Assembly (NCBI RefSeq): GCF_009914755.1
Contig: NC_060930.1
Source: the human T2T-CHM13v2.0 reference genome, Homo sapiens
Reading direction: 5' to 3' (one strand)
DNA length: 64,000 nucleotides
The translations under genes were made by a program, and so were the position numbers. The notes below the pieces were generated by a model. The model worked only from the letters and a program-made list of their open reading frames with translations, searched no databases and had not been told where the DNA came from. Shown piece after piece: positions 14,960 through 29,884 of the stretch. Numbering within the stretch: position 1 is the stretch's first letter; each line of letters opens with the position of its first letter.

Positions 14960-15789
14960 TGACTCAATTTACTCTACTTGGTAATCTCCAGCAATTATCA
15001 GCTGCTTAAATACAGTTATTGTCGTATTCTTTAAAACAGTATCTATTCAGATTTGTTCAACTTTATTAGCAAGAATATTCCAATGGAATTTTAAAACAAT
15101 CTTGGTTTTAGTTTTCCCTCTGCCACTAACGAACAGGTCGTTTGACATACGTGGACATCATGTAATTTATAGTAAAAAGGTTGTGGGAGGCAGATACCTA
15201 AATTCCTAAACAGCTGTCATCTAATCCCTTTTCCTCAATTCTTAGTGATAAGGAAAAAACATGTGAGGGACTTCACAGTAAAGCTATTATCATAGTACAA
15301 TGTGTAGTTGTGTAACACCTTCGTTTGAGTTTCATGAAGCCACCCATGATAACTGTAAGTGGCATACATTGCTGTACATGATCTTATCATAGAAATACAA
15401 CATAAATATTAGATGTCATTCAACCCTTGATCAACAATGTTGGGCAGCATTAGTTATTCAAAAGTTTTCCTTATATGGAGCTGAAACCTCACCCCTGCTC
15501 CCCTGCTCCGCCGTAATTTCTGTATATTTGGGTTAGTTTTGTAATTCAAAACAGGTCTGCATTTTATTTATATAAAGTCCTACAAGGTATGTTCTCTCAA
15601 GTTTTCTCTTCTTCAGGCTAGACATTCTCAGTTTTTTCAGCCCCTTTCCTGATAAGGGGCTTACGTTCCATCACTATGCTGACCATTGTCTACTACTGAA
15701 GACTAACTAACACAGTCATTAACAGCAATGGAATTTTGAGGATGGAAGACATGTTTTCAGATTATGCCTCTGCCATCTGCTCACTGTAT

Positions 15790-16255
15790 ATATTGGATGT
15801 CTTCTGTTTGTCCCCCTAGATGTACTCCTCATCCTTCTTCACCTTACTTTGGCTACAGATGGCTGATGTGAATGAACATCAGTAGGCCCCCATGTCCTCT
15901 GCTTCCACCTGGATTTGGCCAACAGAAATTCCCGGCAGAGATGAGAGGGAGAGAATTGAGTGAGATCAAGGTGTCTTTTCAAACCCTGGTTAGCTCTGTC
16001 TTATGATTGCCTCAATCTATGTGTCCTTTTATGAAAAATCATGAGTTCTTTGAAGGCATCCTGCTCTATAGGGCTCTCCTAATGGATTCTGATAACTACT
16101 TCCTTGCTTGATGCCTTTGGACCTGGGGATGCTAGATGTTCCGAGCTCCTGTATCGCTAGCCCCAGGTAACTGGACTATTCCTAGAATTTCACCGCATCT
16201 CATACCTACCTTTTTAAGTGATCACTTTGTAAATAAATTCTTCCAATTTTGCCTT
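15790..16255 (+). mobile_element. Old ERVL-class LTR (LTR33-like)
   Basis: Degenerate LTR-like sequence with late AATAAA; a similar element appears in the opposite orientation near 42350-42720. Confidence 0.45.
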
Positions 16256-16845
16256 AAGTATATGACTTTGATCAAGTTACCTAAGCCTTTTGAAGTTTCC
16301 TCACATATCAAATGGGCATAATAGAACCTATCCACATTTTCTTATTCACAAACCTGAAACCAAGATCAGAGAGCCGAAAGTGATTTTATCACTTATTTGT
16401 AAACCTTATTTCTTTATAGTTTTTTTGTGTGTTCTAGTTTGCACAGATTTCATTTTTTACTGTAGAAATTAATGTGTTTGATTATGTGGTAGTGCTCCAC
16501 ATCATGCTTTGAATGTTAAGTATAAAAAGTAACATATTTCTGAAATCTGTAAACTTATTTATTCTGATCATCCTTTTCCTGGAGAGTTTCATATAAAAGC
16601 ATATGCATCTATATCGCCTACATTATAGAATTATAAAAGTTATGTACAAAAATACATGTATAGTCCTAAGCATAATACCTTGCTTGTGATAGGAACTTAA
16701 TGAGTATTGACTTCTCTCTTTCACTCAGTGGAGTTCATGATTTTTAATATTAACTTTATATGAATTATTACATTATATTGGGTTTTAATGTTTAAATTTT
16801 TTTAGATTCTGAATAATAACTAGGATTTTACAGAAAGAGACTCAC

Positions 16846-16932
16846 CAAAAATATAGAAGACCATGGGCCAGCCCAGAGATTCACAGATAACTCCAGTCAC
16901 AAGTAGGACAATAAAGGGTCCCAGCAAAAACC
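16846..16932 (-). CDS. SLC17A1: SLC17A1 exon 6 (FLLGPFIV...GWPMVFYIF)
   Basis: 87 nt; ATTAG| and TG|GTGAGT. Confidence 0.96.
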
Positions 16933-17288
16933 CTAATCAGTAGGTACAAAGAACACCCCTAATTAATGCAGGCATCTGAAAGCAGAGATAATGTAGCCTC
17001 ACTGTAGCAATGAACAATTTCCTGTGAAACAAATTTGTGTATCATAACACAAACATCAGAAGAAAATAATAAAAATATTTTTTTTTCTCTCTTTTTCTCT
17101 GTTGTTTGAGATAAGGATGGCTCTTCTCCATTCTATACAATTCTCTCATCTTCATAGCAAGAATGCTGAAACAGATGATTTCCAAAGCCCTTGACCATTC
17201 AAAACACACATTTCTTATGGCTCTAGGGAAGAATGTAATACAATGAGATGAAGATAGGATTCAAACATTCTAGGCTTTAATTCTTTAC

Positions 17289-17376
17289 CTGATGTACTCA
17301 TAGAAGTAAGTCGGCCTCGTTCCAGGGGAGGAGCCCATTTGACATATATTTCAAACTGGGCTGTTGCAACTATCCC
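17289..17376 (-). CDS. SLC17A1: SLC17A1 exon 5 (GIVATAQ...KWAPPLERGRL...)
   Basis: 88 nt; SLC17 W-x-P-P-x-E-R motif; TTCAG| and CAG|GTAAAG. Confidence 0.96.
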
Positions 17377-17459
17377 CTGAAATGAGAAAGGTTTGACATT
17401 TAATCTCTAATACTTCCTGTGAATTTAAACTCTGTTCAGTTTTAGCATTATTTTAATAC

Positions 17460-17693
17460 CTGGGCTGCTCCCTGAACTGCTCGACATACAACGACCCAAG
17501 CTACTCCAATTCCAGCTGCTGGTGGGATGAGCAGGCTTAACACAGAGCTGAGGCATAATGCAAAGCCAATCATTTTCTTTGTAGAATATATTCCAGAGAA
17601 GTATCCAACAGGAACTTGGATGATGATGACACCATAGGAGGTGGAACTCAAGATGATTCCCTGGATATCTGGGCTCCAATTATACATAGGGTT
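17460..17693 (-). CDS. SLC17A1: SLC17A1 exon 4 (NPMYNWSPDIQG...VQGAAQ)
   Basis: 234 nt; matches ORF 17448..17687; TTTAG| and CAG|GTATTA. Confidence 0.97.
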
Positions 17694-18375
17694 CTAAAAG
17701 ACAAGGGGGGACATGTCGAATCACTCTGCATATCAGAAATTTACTGTGACATTTAGGGATTCAGGGAAACTGTTCTGGCTCACCTCATGGAAAGTAGCTC
17801 CCCTCTTACTAGTATTCTTTATCACAGGACCTTCTTTATTCTTTTATCACACCATTTTCTGTACATATTTACATTTTATCATTGGAGTAATGTAAAGTCC
17901 TCAGAGCCAAGGACACCATCTGTACCTCCCTCCAGTACCTTTCACAGCATAGACATTTAATGCTTGTTTCTTGAATGCTGCTAAACTGCATGTAAACTCC
18001 TCCTGTGTAGCATACATACATTTAAATAGTTAATTTCCTGTACTTCATAGTACTACTCATACTGCAGTTGTGAATTTCCTCTTCCCTGTTTGCTTTCTCT
18101 AACTCCTCCATTAATTTAAGCTCATTCGCAAAATCACTTTTCCCCATATACATATTGCTCCCAGAGAGCAAAGTCATGAAAGAGAGAAGATAAAACCATG
18201 AAGAATTCTCAGACTGAACTGTGAAAACAACTGCACAGAACAATAAAAAGAAAAAGGCCATTTCTCTTCCTTCACTTGGTTCTGATGTGGCATATTTTTT
18301 CCAGAAATGTATTTGTTAGTCCATTCCTAGGTTAGAGGGCCTTCTATTGTTTCTTTTTACATTATTAAAGAATGA

Positions 18376-18696
<321 letters not shown>

Positions 18697-20629
18697 GAAT
18701 GATAAAAGAAAATCCTAATATTGAATTTATTGTTGAGACTATGAGGGACGAGGTTGCACAAGTTTTTGGACCCACTTAACAGGAAGAAATCTTAATGGTA
18801 GTAGAGGAGGACAGGATAAAGTTTATTTGGAAGTGTCTAGGATAGTGGCATTTTCTAAACTTTCTCTGTTACTTGCATAATTAGGAGGAACATATTAAAT
18901 AACGAAGAGTTTCCTGAATAAACAGTGAATGTGCTGGATGTTATTTTTGGTTGAATATTAAATAAAATAGGTAGGAATCCATATGTTTGTTGTCATCACT
19001 ATTATCCCTCCATTCTTCTTTTTTCTCTCCTTTTCAAGTCACTGTCACCCTATAGCTGTGGCCTCTAGAGTGTAATATTTCTCTTGGATGGAAAAGGACT
19101 TCCATGGAAAAATCTGGTAGGAGTGACTCTCTGAGAATACCAAATAATAACCAGTGAGGCACATCCGTATAGTAGCCTGGGTGCCAGGGAAGTTCCAGAT
19201 CTTTTCCACTGAGAGGAAGGAGGCTACACAGAAGATGAAGCAGAATGCTCAGCCAGGTTTTGTTTTGTTTTGTTTTTCTTGTTTTTAATCACAGGAAGCA
19301 CCAAGGAAGTCAATATTCACCCTTACCCATATCAGGTGGGCCAGCAGGCATTTGTTCAACTCTCCCTGTGCATGTGAACACATCACTCAAAATCTTGGAT
19401 AGTTTTTCTTATGGCTTAAAGCCATCACTCTCCACAGCAGAATGTAGAAAATAAAAAAAGTTCACCAGAATTGGTTTAAATCCCCTGAGCTCATACTGAA
19501 ACTACTCACACCAGAAAGATAAATCCTCAGTTTATATTTTTCTATACAGTGCATTAACTAGTTGCCATTGAACAAAGTACTCCACATATAAATGTATAAA
19601 TGACTCTAAGTAAATCTTAGAAATATATATACTCATTTGTATGAGTCATATAAATGAATAAGAAATATATAATACCTCAGTAAGGAAAATGTATCCAGGT
19701 ATCAATAGATAATTTATAAGAGAACAAAATGGAAATGATCAATAAACATAGGTCACAGAAATATACAAATGTGTAATCCCATTAGTAATAAAAGAATATA
19801 TACTTTAAAATTATGGTAGAATTTCTAACTGTCAAGTTGGTACACTTAAAAAAGAATAATGACACAATCTCCTTGACTTTGATGGAAGAGGGAAGACTGA
19901 CTACAGAATATTCCTCATCTACCTTCTTTGTCATCTTCTTTTCTATAATCAGTGTTTCTTACTGTGGTAAAATATCTGTGTGTGTCTGTTCCGTGTTTTT
20001 CTTATTTCGTCTTTTTTTCTAAAATGTTTGTTTTGACTTTTTCATATTCCTTTCCTGTCAATTTCCTTTTTTCATTCATCTGCTCTCCAAGCAAAGCCTC
20101 TTGTGGTCTGGCCATGTCTACTTTGAGTTATTGTAGATACTGCACTATGGTGTTCCTTCCATAGCTATAATTGCTTTACTAATTTTTAGGTTATTTTGTA
20201 ATGTTAGACTACAATTTAGATCTGCTTTGTGGAATAATTTTCTGGTGTGTTTTTCTATTTAGAATAATTATGTATTCTATTTCTTCATTTTTAAATGTAG
20301 TACCTTATGTAGCAGTAAACTGAATTGTGACAGGAAATTTCATGGGATGGCAAAAGGTTTCATGGGGTGGCGGGCTGATGCATGTGCTAGAGAAATCTTT
20401 CAAGCTCTATAGCTCAAGAGCTCCCTCCTCTTTTAGAGCCATAGTGAAGGCTCTAAAATACAACTCCCGTGAGTAGCCATTTCTCTAGAATATGAGGTTC
20501 TCAGTATTTAAACCAAAGCACTGGAATATCATAAATATTTAAGAATATAATTCAAAACACTTTATATGAAATAGATTTTATACAAAATAGATTTCATACA
20601 GAATAGATTTTATGTAAAATAGATAATTG

Positions 20630-23600
20630 ACACAATAAACTGTATCTATATATATATTTGTGAAGCTATCACCACAATTAAGACAGTGAACATATTCTTT
20701 ATCTCCAAAAACTTCCTCCTATTTTTTTTGTAATTCCTCCCTCCTGCCCTCCCCCACCACTGATCTGCTGCCTGTCGCTGTAACTTAGTTTTCATTTTCT
20801 AGAAGTTTTATATTAAGGGAATGCTACGGTATGTACTCTTTTTTATTGTCTAGCTTATTTCACTTGGCATAATTATCTTCAGTTTTATCTATGTTGTTCT
20901 TTGTGTCAGTAGTTCATTCCATTATACTGCTAAGTAGTACTCCATTTTATGGATGTGCCATAGTTTGTTCAATCATTCACCTACTGATGGACATTTAGGT
21001 TATTTCCAGTTTTTTGGCTATCAGAAATAAAGCTAGACAAAAATGTTTATAGAACATTTATGTACAAGTCTCTGAATGGACATATGCTTTTATTTCTCTT
21101 CAGTAAATAACTAGCAGTGGAATGGCTGTCTCATATGGTAGGCATATGCTTAATTTTTTATGAAATGACAAAGTGTATTCCAAAGTGGTTGTACCACATT
21201 GCATTCTCACCAGGACTGTAGGAGAATTCTAGTTCCTCCACATTCCTGCACACACTTTATATTTGCAATCATTACAATTTTAGCCATTTGAATCAGTGTG
21301 CAGTAATTTATCTTTGTAGTTGATGTTTGTCTCCAATGTCAAATGATATACAGCATCTTTTCATGTGAGTATTTTTCCTCTGTGTATCTCCTTTGGTGAA
21401 ATAGCTGTTCACATCTTTTTTTTCCATTTTTGTATTGGGTTGTGTTTTTTAATTGAGTGTTGATAGAAGTTCTTTATAAGATATGATTAGCAAATATGTG
21501 CCCCTGTCACTGGCTTGTTTTTTCATTATCTTAACAGTATTTTAAATTCTGATGAAGTTCAGTTTTATGTTTGTTCTTTTGCATATCTTGAAAAATCAGT
21601 TGTTCATATGTGTGTCAGTCTCTCTATTATATTTCATTGATCTATTTTCTGTCTTTACACTAATTCTACACTGTCGTTATTACTATAACTCTGTGTAAGT
21701 CTTAAAATTAGCAGTAGGTAGTGTTACACCTCCAACTACTAATTTTCCATGAACATTCAGAGGCAATTCAGTGGAGAAAGAAAAGTTTTCTCAACAAATT
21801 GGGCTGAAAAAAATTGTACATCCATATGTAAAAAAAGATATTTAATGCAACATGTACAAAAAGTAATTCAAAATGAATCATAGATTTAACAGTAAAATGA
21901 AAAATTATAAAACTTCTAAAACACAGAAAATTTTTTTTGATCTTGGGTTATGCAAAGATTTCTTATATGCAACAACAAAAGCACAACCCACAAAAAAATG
22001 TTAAGAGAAGTTCTTCAGGCAGAAGAAAAGTGATATAGCTAAAAAATGTGGATCTACATTTAAGAAGTAAGACCATTAGAAAAGAATAAATGCCATTATC
22101 ATGTGTATGCTGGTCATCATGATCAGTGTGGTACAATTTTTAAAAATAAACTATGATGCCCTTCATGCCATTAAAAAATAAATAAATAAACAAAAAATTT
22201 AAAAAAGAATAAATGAAAGTGGAAAATATTTTATTTTGAATTGATCTAAAAGATAACTTTTTGTTGAAGGAATGTTTTGAGTATTTATAACATATAGATA
22301 CATAAAATGAATAACAGTAGTCACAGAGATGGGAGAGAGGAATTGGAAATATTCTGTTATGAGATGCCTTCATGATACATGAAATAGTATAGTGTTATTT
22401 GGAGGTAGATTTGTATTATTACAAATGTATATTATAAAACCTATGGAAGCTATTAAAATAGTTTTTTCAGGTATAAATGATATATCAAGAGAGGAGATAA
22501 AATTCAGTCATATAAAATGCTCAGTTAAACCCAGAGAAGGCAAAATGTGAATGAAAAAAAAATTAACAAAGAACAGATTTAACAAATAGAAAACAGTTAC
22601 CAAGTATGTATTTTTCTATTCTTCCTTTCAGTTCTCACAGTTTTTGCCCCCTATATTTTGCTGCTCTGTTGTTAGGGATACACATGTTTAGAATCATTTG
22701 TTTTTGGATAATTCACTCTTTTTATCATTGGGTAATGCCCTCTTTATCTCTGGTTATCTTCATTGCTATAAACTCTGCTTTGTCTAAAATTAATATAGCT
22801 ACTTCAGTTTTCTTTTGATTTGTGTTTTCATGGTTGCATAGTTTACATCTTTCTTCATCCCTTTACTTCTAACTTATCTGAGTCTTTATATTTTAACAGG
22901 ATTTCTTGTAGATAGAATATTTGAGGATCTTTATTTGTTATCAATTCTAACAATTTCTGTCTTTTAACTGGTGTGTTTAGAACATTCACATTTAAAGTGA
23001 TTATCAATATAGTTGGATTAAAATCTACCATCTTTTAACTTTTCTTTTGTGGTAAGCCTGCTGGCAGTAAATTCGTATATATGAAGGGAAAATTGAAGGA
23101 CAAAAATTGAAAGACAAAAATTGAAAGACAATAAAGGCTTTCTCAAGTTATAGCTACAGCTTGAAATTTTACAGTCTTTCAGTTTTGTCAATAATTTTAT
23201 TGAATACAGAATTCTAGGTTGGCAGGGGTTTTCTTTCTTTCAACACCTTAAAAAGTTCACTTTTCTCTCCTTATTTGCATGGTTTCTGATAAGAAGTCTG
23301 CTGTAATTCTTATATTTGTTCCTCTGTAGGTATTTTCTTCCTCTGGTTTTATTGAAATGTTCTTTTTGTCTTGGTTTTCTGCAATTTAAATATGGTATGC
23401 CTAGGTGGCTTTTCTTTGTTTTTGTTTTTGCTATTTATCTTGTTTGGTGTTCTCTGAGCTTCTTGGATCTGTGGTTTGATGTTTGTCATTAATTATGGAA
23501 AGTTCTCAGCCAATTTTTGAAAAAAATATTTCTTGTTTCCTATTCTCTCTGGCATTCTGGTCATGCACATGTTACACCATTTGATACTGTCTACAATTTG

Positions 23601-23830
23601 GGAAAGATCTGTTAATTTTTTAAAATTCTCTTTCTCTTTGCATTTCAACTTTGGGAGTTTCTATTGACCCATATTCATGTTCATTAATTATTTCCTCAGT
23701 GGTGTGGAGTCTACTGATGAGCCCCTCAAAAGCATTCTTTGTTATAATTTCCTTGATTTCTAGTATTGCTTTTTCATTCTTTTTATAGTTTCCATCTCTT
23801 TACTGACATTACCTATCTTGTTTTTATTTT
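20630..23830. mobile_element. Mosaic of old L1M fragments in both orientations
   Basis: Minus-strand 3'UTR about 20630-21740, plus-strand pieces about 21750-22600, minus-strand about 22610-23830. Confidence 0.7.
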
Positions 23831-24253
23831 TTGCTGCATCTACATCTTCTGGTAGATAACAACTGATTATCTTCCAGAGATGAAATTAATGAAACATTTA
23901 AATATCCTGCATGTCAAAAACTTTAAAAATGTAATGTGTCTTCACCTTCCACTCCTAATTTAAAATGCTTTCCCTTTTTTTCCTCTTGTCCAAATTTCTT
24001 GATTGTAAAGAAGCCCTAACTCTTGGGTTTTATTCTCTCTCACATAGAAGGATTTACACAACAAGCCCTTCAGAAATATTGAGGCATACTTTAATCATGG
24101 GACATTTTATTTAGGTCACTCCTGGCAAGGTAGATGAAGACTTGAGCTTCTTTTTCAAATATAGTATCATATCAGTACAATTCCATATCTACACAAATTA
24201 GTTAGCAAGACAGGCTTTTAAACATTTGACTGTGGGGAAAATTATTGATGTAC

Positions 24254-24426
24254 CTTTATATTATCCAGGAGCTTCTTTGTGGAGGTGTTGGGCAAACCAT
24301 GTGGATCTGTGCTATTCACCATGACTACCATTGTGAGGTTCAGGCACGCACGCTGTGCTGTTATTATAACATTACAACAGTGCACAAGGAAAGACAATCC
24401 ATAGCGAAAGGAACAGAAACCTGGAA
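24254..24426 (-). CDS. SLC17A1: SLC17A1 exon 3 (VPGFCSFRYG...LLDNIK)
   Basis: 173 nt; TGTAG| acceptor, AAG|GTACAT donor. Confidence 0.96.
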
Positions 24427-25334
24427 CTACAAAGTAAAACAGAAAGTCGCAATTGCTGACAGAGCTGAGATAAAAACATACTTTAACTATAGGAGGGACA
24501 TTCAGAAATTTGGAGCCCTAGATATTAATTTAAAATTTTATTGTACTTAAAGACCTTTGATAATTATTATATAATAAGAAGATGTGAGACTGATATAATA
24601 ATACCATATTCTCCTTAAAATTGTATTTCCAGCTAGAAGTTCCAAGAAAATCAAGCCAATCTTTCAAGTTCTTTGGCTCAAGTCTATTTTTTAAAAGACC
24701 CTTTATAAATACCCTGTGATACTCTTGGACATAAGTCCCCCTAATTACAACAAAGACATTTTCTGTCAAGAAAACTATTCCTTTTCCAACATTTAAAAAA
24801 TACTCTGGTTGAAAGACTTATATATGCCCAATGCAGAGAAAAAAATGGCATTTTAAAAAAATGTAATTACTTATTGATATAAGCTAGAGTAATCAGTTGG
24901 TGTACAGCCAAACAAGTTCATTGATGGAAGAAAGTAGGGAGTCCAGAAACAGATACACATATATGGTTAACTTTTTAAAAATAAATGTACTAATGCAATC
25001 CATTGGAGGAAAGTAAAGTGTTTTTCAACAAATGGCATTTTTTTCAAGGGAAATACAGGTATATGTCTACAAAACAACACGTACAGAAATGTTTATAGTA
25101 GATTTATTCAAAATAGCAGAATGTTTGGAAAGAATGGACATATCATGGTATGTTAATACAATGCATATTACTCAGAAATAAAAGGAAAGAACTACTTATA
25201 CACAACAATTTGGATAAATCTGGATGAATTTCAACAAAAACATGTTCAGTTAAAGAAGCTAGATACCAGACAGTATATACTATAGGAATCTAGTTTTATG
25301 AAGTTCAAAAACAGGCAAAGTTAATCTATATGGC

Positions 25335-26167
25335 CCCCTCCATCTCCAAAATCAGCAATGGGAACCTACTTTATGTTGAATCCCTCTCACACTTTGAATC
25401 TAGCTACTCTGCCTCTGACCTGTACAACCAGATTTAAAGGGCTCATGTGATTAGATCTCTCCTAACTGCATAATTTCGCTATTTAAGATTAACTGATTTG
25501 GGACCATAATACATCTGCAAAACCCCTTGAAGCAGCACCTAGCTTAATGTTTGCTTAAATAACTGGGAGAAAGTGTGTATACACCAGGGGCTGGGAATCT
25601 TGAGAGAAAACTTAGAATTCTGCCTACTACAGTCCACCATCTGGCCCTTAAAGACTCATGTTCATTTCACGTGCAAAACATATTCACCCATTTCAAGCTT
25701 CCCAAATTCTTCATCTTATTACATTATCAGCTCAAGTTCAAAACCTCATCAAAATCTCATAGCACAAAGTCCAAAATCTCATCATCTAAATCAGGTGTGG
25801 AAGAGGCGCCTATGATTAATCCCTCCTAGGGCACAATTTCTATCTGTGGGCTTGTGAAACTAAAGAGACAAGTTATATGCCCCTAACACTTTTACCACGT
25901 AATGGTGGAACAGGTGTAGGATAAAGCTATAGACATTCCAGTTCCAAGGTGGGAAAAATAGAGGAGAAAAGGAGTCATCGATCCATAAAGGTTCTGAAGT
26001 TCAGCCAGGCCAATGTTGGATTTTTCATAAGGTCTGGAGATAATTCTTGTGGCTCTTGGCTCCACCCTCTGGGCTTTGGGCTGTATCCTCTGTGCTCATT
26101 GTTCCACCCAAGAATAAAACAGGGGCCAGGGAGCTTGGGTGCCATCTTGGAATTCTGTCTACTGCAC
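25335..26167. mobile_element. MaLR (MLT1) LTR ends with internal fragment, next to L1M pieces (about 24800-25330)
   Basis: Two similar LTR termini GAATTCTGCCTACTACA (about 25630) and GAATTCTGTCTACTGCA (about 26165). Confidence 0.6.
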
Positions 26168-28316
26168 ATTCATAGTTAACTAAGAATTTTTTATTGCAAA
26201 TAAATATTAATATCATAAATAAATAGATTTTTTATATCTATTGAGATAATCATACTGTTTTCCTCTTTCAATTAATTTGTGTGGAGTGACATGTATACAT
26301 TTTCTAACATTAAGTTACTCTTTTATTTTAAGAATAAACCTGACTTAGTGTTGGTGGTTGCTTTTTTAATGTTTTTATAAATTCTTAGATTTGTTTTGTT
26401 CTGTTAATATTTTATTTAGGATTTGGTGTCTTTATAATTTTCATAAGACTATTTTGCTTTATATATTGGAAGCTATTTTATTAGATAATAAATATTTTAC
26501 ATCATCTTACCGAATTGAATTTTATATCATTTTGCAACATTCTTATAGAATCGTTTGAACTAGCAAAAGACTGTAAACAAATTAGATGTTTATAAATCAG
26601 TGACCATTTAAATAAATTATAATATATCCATCCATACCAAAGTCATTTGCAGCTATAAAAATGCTAAGGAAAATCTCTGCCAAAAATTGTGGAATACTCT
26701 TTAGATAAACTGTTAAATGAAAAAAAGCATTAGTACCCAACAAATAGTTGGCTAGTTTTCTGGCCAACTGAGCTTCCGTTGTTAAAAGATAAGAATATTA
26801 GATAAAATATGCTTAAAATAAACCATTTTTTTAAAAGCATGGGTGATCTAAGAGGAAAGATGAAATATTCAGGCCAAGGGCTTAGTGAAGATGGGGGCCT
26901 CAAAACATAAGTTGGGCCTTGAAGTCAGATGTTTCACTGTGGACTTTTGATCTTGGGATTTTTGGCCTTCCATGATATGGGGACAACAGGAATCAAATAC
27001 CAAGGTCCTAGCGATGCGATAGTGTATAGTAGGAGACCCTCTCCTAAAATGCTTGGATGTCAAAGATTTACATGGTTCAATGGAGGATGAACACATTGCC
27101 CCCTTATCTTGTCAGTGGACTGCCAAGAAATTTTGTGCCATATGAACTTAAGAGCTGAATAGAAGGGGGTAAAAGAATACCCCTGAGAAATTTAATCTTC
27201 AGCCAGCCCTTCCTTTGATTTGCAGCCTAAACTCAGTATCATAGGGAAGTGAATGGATCTAGAAAGCTATCAGAAACTTTGTAAACACACCTGCAGGAGT
27301 CTCTACATGGTAAAAGGGAAGTCATTGTCACCATGTCAGAGAAGGGCTCATTGTCTTAGTCATTTAGGGGTATGCTTTTGAGTTTTACTCATTTCTCTCC
27401 TCCACATTGCTCCAGGAAGTCCATGAATTATGTCTAAACAAGTTTTAAGTTAAAAAGAAGACCACAGGGGGAATTCTAAAGTGTTTGGGATTGAGTAATA
27501 AGAATACCGCATATCAAACTCATGGACAGAGTAAAATGTGCATCTGTAAATATATTTATCAAAAAAGAAAGAATTTAAACACTTGGAAACTGAGCAAAGG
27601 AAAAAACCCAAAAAGTCTAAAAGGAATTAAATGCATAAGGGCAGAAATGAATAATATATAGAAAAAAACATATATATATAAACTTTGAATGCAGATTAAA
27701 TGGACAACTTAAACAATCAAAATAATTAAGTATCAAAGTTGATACAAGAAGAAATACATAATTTAATATACAGTAACTTTTTCATAAGTTGAAAAAGTAT
27801 ACAATCTATCGCTCATCTCCTTTTCTGGGATTTTGTCCCCTATGACATTGACACAACGCTAAGCCAATAGCAGTAATCCTTTATTGTCATTACACTACCC
27901 TGCCTAAAATAAACAGCTTCTCTCAAAAAATATTCAGTACACATTCAGCTGTTGATGTCCAAGAATGCAGGGACTCAAGAACATTCATCCTGCCTTACTT
28001 CCACTTACAGATCTATCTCTCTTTCTCTTGGAGATGGAACCAAAATAGCCCAGTTTTTTCTGATATTTTCCACTAAATGATAAACTGACAAGTGCGCAAA
28101 AATGAAAATAAAGTGTAAGCCACCAGAGTATGTAGAATCTTTTTATTTAGGGCTTTTCTGGTGGAAAACCATAGTAGGACTGGTTTCTTCTACCTTCTTT
28201 TCTGAACATTTTTAAGACCCCATATGTATATCACAAAAATATTCTTCCACATGGAATCTGTGATGTAATATTTAAGAAAAAGAACACCTGTTTAATGGAA
28301 CAGAATAAAGTGCTAC

Positions 28317-28350
28317 CTTTTTTGGGAGGCAACCGGTTATCCATTTGCAT
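28317..28350 (-). CDS. SLC17A1: SLC17A1 exon 2 coding part (MQMDNRLPPKK); whole exon 28317-28400
   Basis: ATG at 28350; acceptor CACAG| at 28400; donor G|GTAGCA; 34 coding nt, phase 1. Confidence 0.95.
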
Positions 28351-29239
28351 ACACGGCTGAAGTTGCTTCTCTTCTTGCTGAAGGGTTTTGCCTCCACCCA
28401 CTGTGAGTGCAAAACACGTTGATGTCAGCATAATGTAGAGAGGCAACTGACCAAACACTACCCAGTACTCCTCTCTGATTTAAAACCGCTTCCAAGGATA
28501 ACTTGCTCCATCACAGCAGTGCCCATTCACCTCCATTATGTGCTTCCCTTGATATTTATTTTACTTTTGTGATTGTTTTGGTTGATTAAAAATATATGGA
28601 AGACCTGAAAACTACAGAGAACAAACAAATAACCCTGCCAGTCCAGAATTCTAAATCCGTGATAATATTCCTCCAAAGTGAGAAATGGAAAGAATTCATT
28701 GCCAGTAGACCTGCCCTGTAAGGAACACTAAAAGAAGCCTTTCAGGCAGAAGGAGATTGCTATAGGTCAGAAACTCGGCAGTATGAAAAGAAAGGAAGAA
28801 TGTCAGAAAAGGAGTAAGCAAAGGTAAAACAAATTCCTTTTTTCCCCCTGTATCTTAATAGAGCTGGAAGATACTATCTGCTTATTGATAAGATCAACTC
28901 AAGCAGAGGCTAATCATTCGTTACACGTCCACATGCCCCTGTCCGTATCTTCAGTTTCCGTGGATAGAGCAGCCACTGATGCAAAGCTTTATGGCAGGAA
29001 GCTCAGTGGAGAATCAGAATGGAGCAGTCTCCTATCAGGCAACCCCTTACCATCAGAATTCAGCACCAATATGTGCTGGTCAGGTTAGACCTCAGGATTT
29101 TACCATATCAGATTATATGATACCTAGTGCCCCAAAGATACCAAAGTCCTGAGATTGGATTTGCAAAGTATTTTTGAATAAGCAATTTGTCAACCATCAT
29201 TATCACACATTGGAACCTCTTCTGGGGCTGCTGTTTATT

Positions 29240-29560
29240 TCAATACATATATACATACACACCAAATGCACACACAAACCACCCATACGTATGCACCACA
29301 TACATACATACAACATAAACACATGGTACAAACTCCCCTTATGTTCTCCACACATACACTCCAGACACATAGCAAACCAAACATATAAATACGTTACAAT
29401 ACTGCATCCTCAAAACGGAAGTACAAACTACAAACACCACACACATAACCACACACACACATAAATGATGGGCACAGATGCACCAGGCGTACACAGTGTG
29501 CCACACACATTACAGACACAGCACACCACAGCTATACAAGCATCACACACTGTACAACAC
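29240..29560 (+). repeat. CA-rich low-complexity region in SLC17A1 intron 1
   Basis: Degenerate (CA)n/(CATA)n. Confidence 0.8.
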
Positions 29561-29786
29561 ATACTTCTCTTTCCTTGTGTCCCTGTGAACCTCACACTGA
29601 TTGCTAAAAATATGTTCTTTTTTCTCTTGTGAAAAGCCTCAGAAGATAGGGCATATTCCACCCCTCCCCACATTTTCCCCTATTGCTAAGTACTTTCAAT
29701 AATATCTTTGCCAGGGAATGCCCCCTTACGGCCCTCTGGGGAATCAACTGATTGCTCATTTCATTTAATGAGCCCCGTAGACTAAC

Positions 29787-29850
29787 CTGATTCGGGACAA
29801 AAAAGTGATTTCTTCTTCCGCTGTGAAGACTTTTCTCTCAACTTTACACA
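29787..29850 (-). other. SLC17A1: SLC17A1 non-coding exon 1 (5' end approximate)
   Basis: Donor CAG|GTTAGT at 29787/29786; unique sequence 1.4 kb upstream of exon 2; resembles my recollection of the mRNA leader; TSS cannot be read from DNA. Confidence 0.7.
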
Positions 29851-29884
29851 ATATTGACTTTCTAGGATTACCAAGTTTAGCCCC

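Noticed and set aside
24245-24550. Plus-strand ORFs over exons (also 10928, 59396, 59557)
   Set aside because: Antisense shadows of real coding exons with no independent support
28231-28458. 75-aa ORF as an independent gene
   Set aside because: It is SLC17A1 exon 2 read through into both flanking introns
29174-29673. His/Thr-rich and Cys/Val-rich ORFs
   Set aside because: Artefacts of the CA-rich low-complexity tract
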